A stretch of DNA of 64,000 nt, taken from NCBI GenBank assembly GCA_010909165.1, contig MU008155.1:310001-374000 (forward strand), in the 5' to 3' direction. The translations under genes and the position numbers were made by a program. This DNA is from Anthoceros angustus. Lineage: Eukaryota; Plantae; Anthocerotophyta. Below the pieces are notes generated by a model that was given only the letters and a program-made list of their open reading frames with translations, was not told the origin of the DNA and searched no databases. Below are positions 39,415 to 51,761 of the stretch, one piece after another (position 1 is the first letter of the stretch; each line of letters begins with the position of its first letter).

Positions 39415-39744
39415 TTAAGCCCCAGCAGACTTGATATGGTACAGCTTGCCGAATACATGCAGCGCCGTGACAAAGCCGATGAAGCAGAGGCTCATGACAA
39501 GCACCACCGTCGGGGTGATCTTCAATCCAGGGGCATCGTCAGTGTAGAAGCGTAGCATATTGCTCCCGCCGCCTCCAAAACCGCCACCCCCGCCTGAGGA
39601 AACTCTCCGCCTGCGCATCCCCGCTGCGGCAGGACTCCCCCTGGTAGCAGCTCCGGAAGGAGGAGCCCGGACTCCTGCTCCAGCTGCCCCTGATCCACCT
39701 CGAGAAGCCGAGGTGGCAGCTTGGCTCTGCGAACCTTTCGCCAT
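39415..39744 (-). CDS. SEC61B: Protein transport protein Sec61 beta
   Basis: [39 protein letters not shown]; single exon. Confidence 0.97.
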   Translation of the reverse strand: MAKGSQSQAATSASRGGSGAAGAGVRAPPSGAATRGSPAAAGMRRRRVSSGGGGGFGGGGSNMLRFYTDDAPGLKITPTVVLVMSLCFIGFVTALHVFGKLYHIKSAGA

Positions 39745-40023
39745 CGCTCCGGAGAAGATCACACGAGGTACGCTTCGAGACGAAAATACGCTTCGCCGAT
39801 GCAGACGCTGGCTCAACAAGTACGCGGATGGATCAAGTCAGACAACCCCGACTGCATATATAGACCGTCGAGGAAACCTAAATGGGGAACATGCTCGGTG
39901 ACGGACCACAAAGTGAACACTAATAAACTTCGTTAGTGTGAACGAAAATTCGCATTCCCGCTCGGCTTTGTACAAATGGCAACCCTCAGATACGTGTAGC
40001 GCACACATCACAACCTCGCGACG

Positions 40024-43000
40024 ATGGTGATCGGGGAGAGCCTGATTGTGCTGCTGGACGTCGGTCCTTCCATGCAACCTCATGCTGAAGTGATCCGCAA
40101 GTCTCTTGCTTCGCTTGCGCTACGAAAGGTGAGAAACCCACCTCGGGTTTTTCTTCTGCCTGTATTGCCGACAATTCTGGCGAGCTGAGCTGACCGCTTG
40201 ATTGCCGTTTTCTGCAGCTGGTTGGCCACAAAAATGATGCTATTGGGCTGGTGTGTTTCGGGTCCAGGGGTAAGCCGAAGCTTCGGGGCTTGGTTTTCCG
40301 TCGGCAAGCAATTTAGGCTTGAGGCTTTGGTTTAGGGGGCCTGTTTGCTTTGTCATCGCAGAGACCAGGAATGCTCTGAGCACAGAGGTTGGTGGTTACG
40401 CGAACATCCAAGTTGCTCGCGAAATTCAGGTGTTGAATACTGACGTTGCCACTATCCTCGACCAAGTGCCTTTGGGAGGTGCCCCAGCGGACTGTATCCG
40501 TTTCCTCCATGGTTGGTGTTTAGCAATGCAGTTTTTCCATCTTCCGCTGTTTCTGCCAAAGCTCCTTAACATAAGGTCAGTTTTGGATGCCGTGGTGGTG
40601 GGCTTGGATATGTTCAGAAAGCAAGTTGAGACAACTAGAAATGGCCACAAACGTTTTTTTCTCATCACAGATGCTGAATCATCTCTGAGGGAGCCTTATC
40701 AATTGACACTTCAGGAGCAAGTCGATTTAATTGGTGATAAGTTGGTTGAAAATAAGCTCAAGTTCGATGTTCTCAAGGTTTCCAAGGATGATGACCCGAT
40801 TTCCAAAACTACGCGCCAGCAAAACGAGCATTTTATGCGAACTTTTGTAATGAGGACTGAAGGGGAGATGCAGGAAGTTTTCACCCATGCCTCAATAATG
40901 GCAGCCATAAAGCCCCGGGTTTCTCCAACGACCTTGTACAGGGGGGATTTTGAGCTGACTCCGGAAATGAAACTTAAGGTGAGACTCGGTGGAAGGGTGT
41001 GTTGATGCTGTGCATCACTATTTCTTGGGTGAGAAGCACTATCATCTCCCACGGCTTGGCAGGTGTGGGTCTACAAGAAAGTCTCGCAAGAGAGAATACC
41101 GACGCTGAAGAAATTCTCAGACAAGGCACCAGCTGATGATCCATATGCAACCCGCGAGGTCAAAATGGATGTCGAGTATAAAAGCACCCTGGATCCTAGC
41201 ATTACATTTCCTCCTGAGCAGAGAGTAAAGGCCTACAAGTACGGCGCAAATAATATCCCTCTTGATCCAAAAGTGGTTGATGCAGTTAAGCTGGTCACAG
41301 AAAAGGGCTTGAAGCTTCTTGGATTTGTTACGTCTGAAGAGGTTCCAAGGTGAATCCACAGTCCCATGTGCCCTACTGAATGTTGTCCTATCGTTGAATC
41401 TCCCCACTTTGGTGTTGTAGACCATCAGCCGACACTCTTGTAAGACTACCAGGACTTTCCCGGATGCAGACACTACTATATGAAAGATACGAAACTGTTC
41501 ATTCCAGAACCTGGGAATATCAAATCCAGTTTGGCAATGTCTGCCCTGGTGAGGGCAATGAAGAATACAGACATGGTTGGCATTGCTCGTTGTATCTGGA
41601 GAAAAGGACAAGCTAATGTTATCATTGGAGTCCTCACACCTAATCCTGCAACTGATGACACTATGGTGAGTGCTCAGATGAAGGATTGATGAATGTACCT
41701 CTCCAAGCTTGTGAGGAAGTGAAACAATTTTTTGTGCTGGAGCAGAAACTTTTTTTGTTGAGGTTTGATGTTTGTCAAGATGGTCTGTTGCTGGACGGTT
41801 TTGCTACATAATTGAACGCATGTCTGGAATTTTGACAGGAAGATACATTTTACTTCAATGAGGTTCCGTTTGCAGAAGACATAAGGGAGTTCCCGTTCAA
41901 CTCTTTCAGCAACCGTCCGGCATCTCAACGACCTTCAGGCTCCCAGGAGGCTGCAGCAGAAAATCTTGTACAAATGCTCGATTTAAGTCCTTCTCCCAGG
42001 GAAGAGGCCTTGCAGCCTGAGAAAACTTGTAATCCAATCTTAATGGTGAGTGTTCTTGTCCACTGAGTGAAATGTGTCGCTAGTTGCGTCTTTCACACTG
42101 ACTGTCAGATGATAGAGTGCATCTGAGTGAGGATATTTTGCCCCGAGTAATCATTGCTTGGGTGTGCAGCGGTTTTACAGTTTTCTGCATGCAAGGTTGC
42201 TGGATTCTGAAGCTGCAGTCCCAGCTGTACCTGAACCGCTGAGAAAGACAATGGAGCTGGATCCTACCTTAGAATCTCAGGCTCACTGGGCATTAAAGCA
42301 GTTCTCCAGTGAATTCACTTTAAGGGCGAAAGTCCAGGTGCAACTCTTGCCTGCGGCTCAGCTGATGCTGAATCAAAATCACAGTATTATTTCAGAATGC
42401 AGGACTGTTTATTTTCAAGTCCTTGCAATGAGCTTCTCTGTAACTGAACTGGCTTGTGTGCGGCAATGTAGTATTCCATGGTAGTCATTCTTGATGGTTC
42501 ATCTGTAGCAAAGGCTGACGTCATGCATCCCTTGTTTATTTGGCAGAAGGGTAATGCGGAACACAAGTTTTGGAGGGAAGGACTTGCTGATGCTCCAGGA
42601 AATGACAGAGCTTTGCAGGACGATGCCATGGCAGTGGAGGGGAGCAACCAAAGCGAGATCACCTTTGAGAGTCTTGCAGTGAAAAAGGTTGACGAAGTTG
42701 GCATCGCTCATCCAGTTGACGATTTTGAGACACTTCTGGCAAGAAGAGATGGGGACCATTTTGTTCCCATTGCCATTCGCGGAATGAAGAAGGTCATAGC
42801 TGATGTGTTGGACTCTGCATACAAGGGGAACACTTACGAGAAGGCTCTATCATGTCTCATTGCGCTCAGATCAGGATGCGTAAAAGAGGAAGTATGTAAC
42901 GTAGTACAGCAAAATACACAACTCATGTTCGGGTGGTGGAAGTACCGGTTTCCGAAGCGCTTACTGGCATTGTCTTTTATGTATGTAGGAACCGGCAGAG

Positions 43001-43353
43001 TTCAACGACTTTCTGCGACAGCTGGTCATCAAATGCCGGGGCAGGCGGCTGAGTGATTTTTGGGAAAAGGTTGCGTCCCGCAGTATAAGTCTCATAAGCT
43101 CAGATGAAGTCTCCGGAAGGTAACTAATATCCTTGGAATGCCTCATACCAATGTCCTTTCTGAAATGCGTCATGGTCCATGTGTGTGATCCTGACGGTGC
43201 CTTCCGTCCGGTGTTCATGGCAGTGATGTATCAGCAGATGAAGCAAAAGCCTTCTTGGCAGGACCAGGACCGGGGAAAAGCGTTCAGTCCACCGATAATG
43301 GGCCTGACGAGGAGGTTGATGAAATGGATGCCCTTCTAGACGAGGCCATGTGA
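40024..43353 (+). CDS. KU80: Ku80 NHEJ DNA end-binding protein, multi-exon
   Basis: LIVLLDVGPSM vWA start, VWVYKK..E..PTLKKFSDKAP, YFNEVPFAEDIREFPF and C-terminal YEKALSCLIALRSGC domain. Ends MDALLDEAM*. Start may be 39976. Confidence 0.95.
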
Positions 43354-43555
43354 CAGCAAAAATTCTTCTGAATGGTGAACTTGTGGAACCCATGTCACAG
43401 CACTACGAAAAAGTGAGTAGTGAAGACGTTCTGTACTCGAGCTGCACAAAGTTGGGTAATTGTACAGCTTCCGCCGATTGCAACTTAGGTGCCATAACCT
43501 GTACAAATGTGAACAGAGGAACCCTGTCATAGCCTGATTTGTCCCTGGACGGATT

Positions 43556-44381
43556 TCAGTTCTTCAACTCCCGAATGCCTAGTTTCTTGACCAGGCTCAA
43601 GTAGTCGGCATCGTCCTCGCTACGCAAATACATGAGCAGTTTCTTGCGCCTGGCAATCATGGCCTTGAGCCCCTTGCGAGAAGCGAAATCCTGGGCAGAA
43701 ACTCGAGTCCTCAGAGCCCACGACATAGGCCAAGCAGCAATGGTAGCAGCGAAATCAGGTCCAGGTAGCGCTGCCATACCTTTTTGTGAACCACAAGATG
43801 GTCCGAAAGGTACTTGATCTTGGCAGTGAGCAGGGCAACTGCTCCGGCATAGCAACAACACAAGGTGAGCAAACACACTACACAGACTAACACAAAAATG
43901 TTGAGAGCACAAGCACAGACAGGACCTTGCACTTGCACCGAGCCGGAATCGCCTTCGTGTGTTTTGAACGCATCAGCGACCTTCTGCAGATCCAGCTTGT
44001 GTCGCTCACCAGCACGGAGCATTTTCTCGGACGATTGATACTCCTGAAAGACGCAAGCGCGCTCAGCAGGCAAGCAAACACGCATTGCAGCTCCGCCACA
44101 CAAGCAGGATTCGCAGAGTGCGTACTAGGCCTGGAAATTGCAGCGGCGCAGTGACCGCCGATACGCGGAGAGGAGCCCATGCCCTACCGCTCCATTGCTG
44201 CGGAAGCTGCACACAATTTCCAGGCCGACATCCACCGTCAGCGTGTCGTCCAGGAAGAAGCACATCAGCAACCCTGGAACTCACTCACCTTGTGTGCCTG
44301 AAGGCTGCTGCTGCTGTTGCTGATGCTGCATTGCTGGAAGGCGATGCCAGCCATGGACTGAAGACCTACCAGGGCCGCCAT
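43556..44381 (-). CDS. rps15: Nucleus-encoded bacterial-type ribosomal protein S15 with plastid-like transit peptide, 5 exons
   Basis: [51 protein letters not shown]. Ser/Ala-rich N-terminus ending LRVSA. Intron phases are consistent. Confidence 0.92.
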
Positions 44382-45101
44382 GTCCACAGCCTTGGCGGAG
44401 CGGTTAAAATGCGAGGAGAAAGAAGAAGCGGATAGGCGGATGGATAGATAGATAGATAGGGTTAAACGACGTTCTTCCGGCTGGGATCTGCGGTGAAGAG
44501 GAAGGTGAGGTAAGAAAGATGATAAATGGAAGACGGTGATGGGGAGAAGAAGAAGAAGAAGCAAAGGATTTGCGTGGGATTTGCCGCCCAAGTCTACAGG
44601 AGTGTGGTTGTCCGTTGTGCGCTGGGTCAGTGTGAGCGTCGCAATCAGAGCAGAGATGGCAGACCTGAAGTTGGTGTATCGTCCGTTGCCTGCCGTCTAC
44701 CGCCCATCTCACCCTAAGCCAATGTCAATGCTCGATGCATGTGCACGCCACGCTACGTGCCCAAGAAGTGTGCCACTGCCTGGGCCACGCCACTCCCTTG
44801 GCGCTGCCTGGGCTTTGTCTCGCACACGCTTCAAACTCTGTGGGCTGTCCTCGGAAGCTCAACACTTCCCTTGTCCTCGCATCCGAGTGCGTGAATCCGT
44901 CTCTACTTCTTTGCAGATTCGGCACCCGAATCTGTAGAGTGTTGGGTCCACTGCGTCATCTCAGTCTCAGCTGGGTGGGAGACGATATATGCCGACACCA
45001 GCGCGCACCCACCTTCACTCTTGTCAAGTCCGACTCCTTCCAATTGCCATTCGGTCTTGAAGAATCGGCTGGGAGCGGAACTGTAAGAGGTCTGGTCCAG
45101 G

Positions 45102-46351
45102 ATGTCGAGTCTGCTTTGCAGAATGCAGCAAGCTGCTGCTTTTTCAGCCAGAACCTGCAATCCACACACCAGCTTTGTTGGAAGGCGTTGCTTCAGCTGC
45201 GATTCCGTGGCAGTCGGGTTATCTGCAAAGGTTGGTCTCCTTCAGTTGCCTGGAACCTCAACTTCTGGTGATGGGGAATTAGGCTTGAACCTTCTTTCGT
45301 TTGTGTGAATGCGCAGCAGCAGAGGCAGCGGCAAGTATGGCAAGTGCAGGCCAGTGCCAACATAGCGGACTATGCTCTGGGCTTTGTCACGGACAACATC
45401 TGGCCAGCTGTGACCAACATCGCCAGCTATGCCTTCGGGTTTGTGGAGTTCCTGGATGATGAGCAGGTACCCGAAGTGGGAAATTCCAACAGCGTCATTC
45501 TGAACTGGGTCATCACCATCATCGCAAACAGGCTGCAATTGAGACCCAAGGACGTGTTGCTGGACACCAAGCTGGAGGACATGGTGTTTCTGGGTGGCAA
45601 GTCCGATTCCAATTTCCGGACGGTATGCACTACCTCCACATCCATTCGAAGCATGCAGTACTTATGTGTGTGTGTGCCCCTCCTAGTCTGAAATGCTAAA
45701 ATTTTGTGGCATCAACGTCCTAACCATGACCGAATTCATTGCTGACTTGGTAGGTGGAGAGCTTGATGGACATCGAGGACCTGTTTTCTGTCATCATCCA
45801 CCCCAACTACATCGACACTCTGGCATCCTACACTGTACGGGAGCTGTCGGAGTTGATCGAAAGCCAGTATCTGATAAGCCTCAAGGAGGTAGTACCACAT
45901 CCCCCGAACATCTTAACCTTGCAGACTTGTCTGTCTCCTTCACCGGGTTTGTTAAGAGTCTAGTGGTTGCGTCTATATTGCAGCTCCAGCACACCCTGTT
46001 CAGCAAATCCTACAACTACAACGTCTTCCTACTGGAGCGGATGCTTCAAACCGCTATAGGCAACGTTCTCAACATGGACCTCAGGGACCCCAAGAAGTTG
46101 GACATGAAGTTGTCGTCCTGCCAGGCCAACCCTGTGTTGCTGGTAACTTTTCCAACACAAGCTCCCGACAGCGGCACCAACCCTTCTTCCCTTGCTGATA
46201 CTTGTGCCTGCCCATCTTTCAGAAGGAGAGCCTGAGAGACTTGACGGGCAAGTTTGGAGTGGACTTAGACTACGCCACATTCAAGGATTCCACCATCCGG
46301 GACATTGCCAAGCGGATAATTTCACACAACCATTACATAATCCGACCATAG
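45102..46351 (+). CDS. 285 aa protein: predicted plastid transit peptide plus two acyl-carrier-protein-like domains
   Basis: Exons 45102-45230, 45317-45622, 45754-45888, 45984-46142 and 46223-46351 are all phase 0 GT-AG and give an open frame. ACP-like helix patterns seen by eye. Confidence 0.75.
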
Positions 46352-47685
46352 TCATACAATCAGCACCTAGATATGATCCAACCCAGCAAAAGATGCCGCC
46401 TGAAACTGTACAGAAAATGTTCCATCGACACGTACGTGCTGACGTGCATTCGCAGTTCGCAGATTGCGAATCCATTCCACCAAGTTGGCCCACAAGCCCA
46501 GTCTCCACTTCTCCGTGAGACGACTCTCCACTACTTCCTGAAAGATCCCAACTGTACAACTATTTTGTCACAGCAGAGACTGGACAGTCCCCGCATGCGC
46601 ACCCTCATCAATAAGACGAGATCGGGAAGCTGTGATTTTTCCAGGACATGGCAGCGATGACATAAGCAGCGAGATAGAAGACAGATATTTCTGGCTTGTG
46701 ACGAGCAGCCAACAAGATGAAGCTACAGTGTGGTGGGGCATGCCAATGCCATGCAGCCATGCCCTTGCCCTTTGCGCCGTCGACACTTAGTGCTTTATGT
46801 TGCTGTAGCAATCGGCTTGCGTCGGTGACGTGGTGCCCAGCTTATTCTATCGGTTTCCTTCGTCAAGATCTTTCAGTGCCAGGGGAAGGGGCCATCGAAA
46901 TCCGGCCCTGCTGGGAGGCCAACGACGAAGGGATTGGGCACACTTGGTGTGATCTTTTCTTCGTTGGATCCGAGCCTGCCCTCTGGAAAGGCCAGCATTT
47001 GGAGCTCACCGGCCACCTTCCTTCCTCCTGAGTTCACCGGCCACTTTCCTTCGTCCTGTATGCGGCAGCAGAAACAGCGGCTTGTTGTCGCTCCCTGGTT
47101 TCGGCACATTTCTCGAGCTGTTGCCGGGATTGGATCTGCGAGCCCGTCGCATCAAAGCAGCTGCTTCCAGGAATTCTTCACTCCCGTCGCTCTTTCCTCT
47201 CTCCATCTTCCCCTTCCCGTGGAGGAGGCTCATTGCGGTACCCTGGTTCTTTGACGACATGAAGCTAGGTGTTCCTGTGCTGCTCGGCGTGGCCGGAGCC
47301 CTGTGGATTCGGCTGCGGCTGTGGATCAGGACGTGCATTGTGATCGCCACCATCATCGCAGAGGCCTTGCACGAGACGGACTCCGGACCCTATCCGGCCC
47401 CCTAGCAGGTATTCCATGATGCATCGTCTCTTTGTCTGACAGTCCTCCGCAGTTCCACTGCAGTTTGTTGTGGTTGCAATGGCTATGGCAGTGGCATGAT
47501 ATGGCAACAACACCCTAAGTTGGTGGCAGGTGCTTTGCATGATGTGTTCTGACAGATTTCCTGACTTGCATGCAGGCAGGCAGGCAAGCTCGAGCTTGCA
47601 AGCAAGCAAGGCTTGAGGCTTTCTGGACCATTTCTTAGTCCATGGTTTTGGATTTGTGGAGCAGTCCTCATCAGCAGCAGCATCC

Positions 47686-49014
47686 ATGGCGAAGGAGCTG
47701 GGGGAAGCAGTGTCCGGCAGCTTCGATGCAATCGTCATCGGAGCTGGGATCATGGGGAGCTGCACGGCCTACGAGCTAGCCAAGAGGGGCAAGACAGTGC
47801 TCCTCCTGGAGCAATACGATTTCCTCCACCACAGAGGGTCCTCCCACGGGGAATCCCGCACCATCCGCATAACCTACCCGGAGGACTACTACGTGGAGAT
47901 GATGCAGGAATCATACAGGCTATGGGAGGAAGCCGAGCAGGAGGCGGGCTACGTGGTGTCGAGGAGAACAGGGCAGCTGGACTTCGGCCCCGAGGACAAC
48001 CCCAGCCTGCAAGCCATCATCCGTGCCATGGAGAAGGCGGGCATCGAGCACAGGATTCTCCTCCCTCACCAGCTGGCCCCGGAGTTCCCTCACATCCGCA
48101 TCCCGGAGGGCTGGATCGCCGTCCACACAGCCCACGGCGGGGTGGTCCGGGCATCCAAGGCCGTGGCCATGTTCCAGGCCCTGGCTCTGAAGCACGGGGC
48201 GGTTCTGCGGGACAACGCGGCGGTGCAGGCCGTGGATCCTTCCTGGCAGCTTCCGGGGGGCGGCCATGGCGTGCAGGTGAGGAGCAGCCGGGGGACCGCG
48301 GAGGCCGAGAGGTTGGTGATCGCAGCCGGGTCCTGGACGGGGAAGCTGGTGCGGGAGCTTTCCGGGCTGACCCTCCCCATCCAGCCCTTGCAGACGAGCA
48401 TCCTGTACTGGGAGATCCCGGACCCAGCCACCGCGGAAGCCATGTCTGCAGCAGGAGGGTTCCCCGTGTTCGCCAGCCACGGTGCCCCGGAGTTCTACGG
48501 CACGCCCTCCCTGGAGTACCCTGGCCTGCTCAAGGTCGGGCTCCACGGAGGGAGCCCCTGCGACCCCGACCATCGCCGCCTGGTGGCGGATGCAGCCCAG
48601 GCCATGGAGCTTGTGAGCCCCTTCGTGCGGGCCCACTTCCCGGGTGCCGTGAGGGGCGACCTCCCCGTGGTATCCGAGGCCTGCATGTACTCCATGACCC
48701 CGGACGAGGACTTCATCCTGGACTGGGTGCCCTGTCGCAGTGCCCAGGAATCTGGCAGCATCGGGAGCAGCAGCAGCAGGCGGGTGTGGGTGGCTGCCGG
48801 ATTCTCAGGACACGGCTTCAAGTTCGGGCCTGTGGTGGGTCGCATCATGGCAGACCTGGCAGTGTCTGGAACAGCGGACGGTGTGCAGCTCCACCGCTTC
48901 TCCCTGAAGCGTTTTCTCCGCGATGCTTCTCCAGGTGGTGGTGGCAACAGTAAGTCGTTCGACAGGCAGGTGCTGGCCGTGGGTGGATCCGATCAAGATC
49001 CCACCCCCGTCTAG
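47686..49014 (+). CDS. Sarcosine/pipecolate oxidase (FAD-dependent), intronless
   Basis: FDAIVIGAGIMG, GSSHGESRTIR, CMYSMTPDEDFILD and GFSGHGFKFGP. Confidence 0.95.
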   Translation: MAKELGEAVSGSFDAIVIGAGIMGSCTAYELAKRGKTVLLLEQYDFLHHRGSSHGESRTIRITYPEDYYVEMMQESYRLWEEAEQEAGYVVSRRTGQLDFGPEDNPSLQAIIRAMEKAGIEHRILLPHQLAPEFPHIRIPEGWIAVHTAHGGVVRASKAVAMFQALALKHGAVLRDNAAVQAVDPSWQLPGGGHGVQVRSSRGTAEAERLVIAAGSWTGKLVRELSGLTLPIQPLQTSILYWEIPDPATAEAMSAAGGFPVFASHGAPEFYGTPSLEYPGLLKVGLHGGSPCDPDHRRLVADAAQAMELVSPFVRAHFPGAVRGDLPVVSEACMYSMTPDEDFILDWVPCRSAQESGSIGSSSSRRVWVAAGFSGHGFKFGPVVGRIMADLAVSGTADGVQLHRFSLKRFLRDASPGGGGNSKSFDRQVLAVGGSDQDPTPV

Positions 49015-49322
49015 TAGTGTGGATTCCGGAAGATGCAGGTGCTGGAAAGTGCTGTCCCACGTGATCCGCTGTGCTGCTGCAACTCCCAGACTTCTTCTCT
49101 ACTGTACTCTTGCTTCCAACCTACATATCTATCTATCTATCCACCTTTCCAGGATTCCTGGTAGATACAAGTATCTCATCCCATCGATCCAGGCCAAGAT
49201 CGCTGTTGTAAGGGAGTTCACAGGGGTATGTGCACTCGTCTCACAGCATGGAGCGAATAGTGAGAGTATCACGCTTGTTCATCCGTTACTTATTGAAAAA
49301 GAACATCAGGTTTATCACATCC

Positions 49323-49396
49323 GGTTTCGTGGTGTAGTTGGTTATCACGTCAGTCTAACACACTGAAGGTCTCCGGTTCGAGTCCGGGCGAAGCCA
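49323..49396 (+). tRNA. trnV-AAC: tRNA-Val(AAC)
   Basis: GGTTTCG acceptor stem pairs with CGAAGCC. Anticodon loop ctAACac, GGTTCGA T-loop, and a T-run terminator ~20 nt downstream. Confidence 0.97.
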
Positions 49397-51761
49397 CATT
49401 CATCGTGCGTATACCTTTTTCTTCCCTCCTGCGAAAAGGTAAGTACTTACATGTATTACATGGTGAATCGCGCCTTGAACGCTTCCGGTCAGGCAGAGGC
49501 AGCTTCCCTTCGAAGCCTGGCTTCGCCCTTCGCTTGCTTCAGAAGTTCAGCGACTGCAGCCAGCAGCAGCAGCAGCAGCCTGGTCCCACCACCCGCTTTG
49601 TACGCGCGCATACGCACAAGTCAATACGTACATACACACACATGTAGAGCATACACAGCATGCACTATGCACCGGGAATGGGCCATGTGACAAAAGCTGA
49701 GAAAAGCAGAGAGAGGAGGAGAGGAAAAGAGACGGCGTCTAATAAAAGGCAGGCCAGGCTGCATCACATAGGCTGTGCATATTCAGCGGGGTCCACCAAG
49801 TTCCAACCCCCGCCCCGGATTCCCCTCCTAATAGGATGTACTGTGCCTTTGCTCCACTTGCTTTCTTGGCAGTTGGGCCGCTGCAATCTGCGATTTTGCA
49901 CACAACAAACAAACTTGGAAGAAAAGGGAACGGGAAAGGGAAAGAGAAAGGGGAAAGATGCAGAGGTCACCAAAGTCACTCGGACCTCGGACCTCGGACC
50001 TCGGGCCCGCACCCGCACCCGCACCCTGTTGTAGTGTTGACTCCCCCGCCTTCCTTGCCTTCCTTGCCTTCCTTGCCTTCTCCACGGAATGTTGGTCTCC
50101 ACTTCCTCTTTCCCACACGCTTTGACCTCTTCACGCCCCTCCCCTCGCGGTGGGCCCCCACCACCCTTCATCATTGCCGGTACATATATTGCAATAACCA
50201 TCCTTCTTCCACATGGATTCCCATCCCCTTTCCAACTTGTACAAGTTTGTTTCCTACGCACTTTACTTCCATGTTATTTCTACAACCTTGTGTTTGTAGC
50301 ACATCAATATTTTTTGTTATTAGGTTTACTAATCCTTGCTTAGATATATTCTTTTACATCATAAAATATACATCATCCACTTACATGGTTTTGATATCAT
50401 ATTTGCTCATGTCAATCATCGAGATATGTAGAGATAGAGAGAAAGTGAAAGTGATAAATACGACATCCATTTAGTTCAGACATCGCGAAAAGCAAAACAA
50501 GACTTGGAAATGTGGAATCTACTTGCTCACCTCTCCAGTCTTGGTTACTCCTTCTAAACTCTTTCGATGGATTGCATTATCCTTTCCAATCCAAGACTTA
50601 TGTTATGATTGTATTTTTCCTTTTTAAGTAAATAAAGTCCTCAATTTTATTTATTTTTATATTTAATTTAATGATATAATTAGAATATATCCCAGATACA
50701 TTACTAAATTATTTTAGTATAGGAAGAGAGCTATGCACCTTGCACCTTTTCACTAGACATGTTTATACTGTTCAAAATTAGTTGGTGCGAGGAGTCAATG
50801 AAGAATTTACCTTGTCCGTACGTTTTCCGAGGCGCGTTTACATCGTACAAGATTAGTTGAGAATTTACCCGGCATGTGCATACTTTTCCGAGGTATGTAG
50901 GAAGAACATAGAAACGCAGAAAAGGGGACATCAATTCGGGCAAACCGGAGGCGGCAGACCGGACCAGCGAGGCTCGAGACGCGAGGCCCGAGACGCGAGA
51001 CGGAAGACAGCAGCAGCATCAGCCCAGTCCAAACGAGCAAACGAGCTCACAGCACAGCGAAGGGAAAGAGGGAGCTTGCCAGCCTCCCAGCCTCCCAGCA
51101 CTGCACATCTCGCAGCAGCCAGCAGCCAGTAGCCAGCAGTCATGGCAGCGCACCAGGCGGCACGCCCACCACATCCCAAGTGCACACCGCTACACTGCAC
51201 TGCACTAGACTGCACTAGACTACACTAGGCTTCCTCCCTTCCTCCCTCCCTTCCTCCCTTCCTGCCATCCCTCCGCCTCCGACTGTCTTGTCCAATTCCT
51301 GTCCCCCGTCCCCTCCCCGTGCTCGCTGTGCTCTCCATGGCAGCCGCCCTCCACGCAGCGTTTCCGTCTGTTGCATCTCCCTCCGCGCCGCCCCCGCCTC
51401 CGCCTCTGCTCCCGCCTCCAGTTTTGCCCCCGCCTCTGCCTGCGCTCCAGGCCGCCCTCGCCTGCCTCGCCCCCAGGCAGCATCACCTCTGCAGCGTCAG
51501 CGGCAAGTTCCGCTAGACATTGCCGCTCCCGCTCCACGGGATCCGGCATTCACGTTTCCGTGCCCGCTCTGTGCTTGTAAGTGTTGCCTTCATCTGGCTT
51601 GTGGAGGAATTTCGCGAGTCTCATCTCTTTCCGGATCTCTCTTTGTAACCGCGATTCCAATGTTGTTGTTGTTGTTGTTGTTGCTCCCTGTTTTGCTCCC
51701 AGGTTGCTCTCCCTTTGGAATTCGTGCTAGCTACCTGCCGGGCAAGCACAAACCTTTGGCC

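Noticed and set aside
46700-47420. Possible small gene with a duplicated ~28 bp segment (~47002-47058)
   Set aside because: No consistent frame, splice structure or recognisable motif.
47613-48953. 446 aa ORF overlapping sarcosine oxidase, plus antisense ORFs
   Set aside because: Alternative frames of a GC-rich gene with low-complexity G/R/P composition.
49975-50080. Short tandem motifs (cggacct)n, (cccgca)n and (ccttccttg)n as functional elements
   Set aside because: Simple microsatellite-like repeats with no supporting context.
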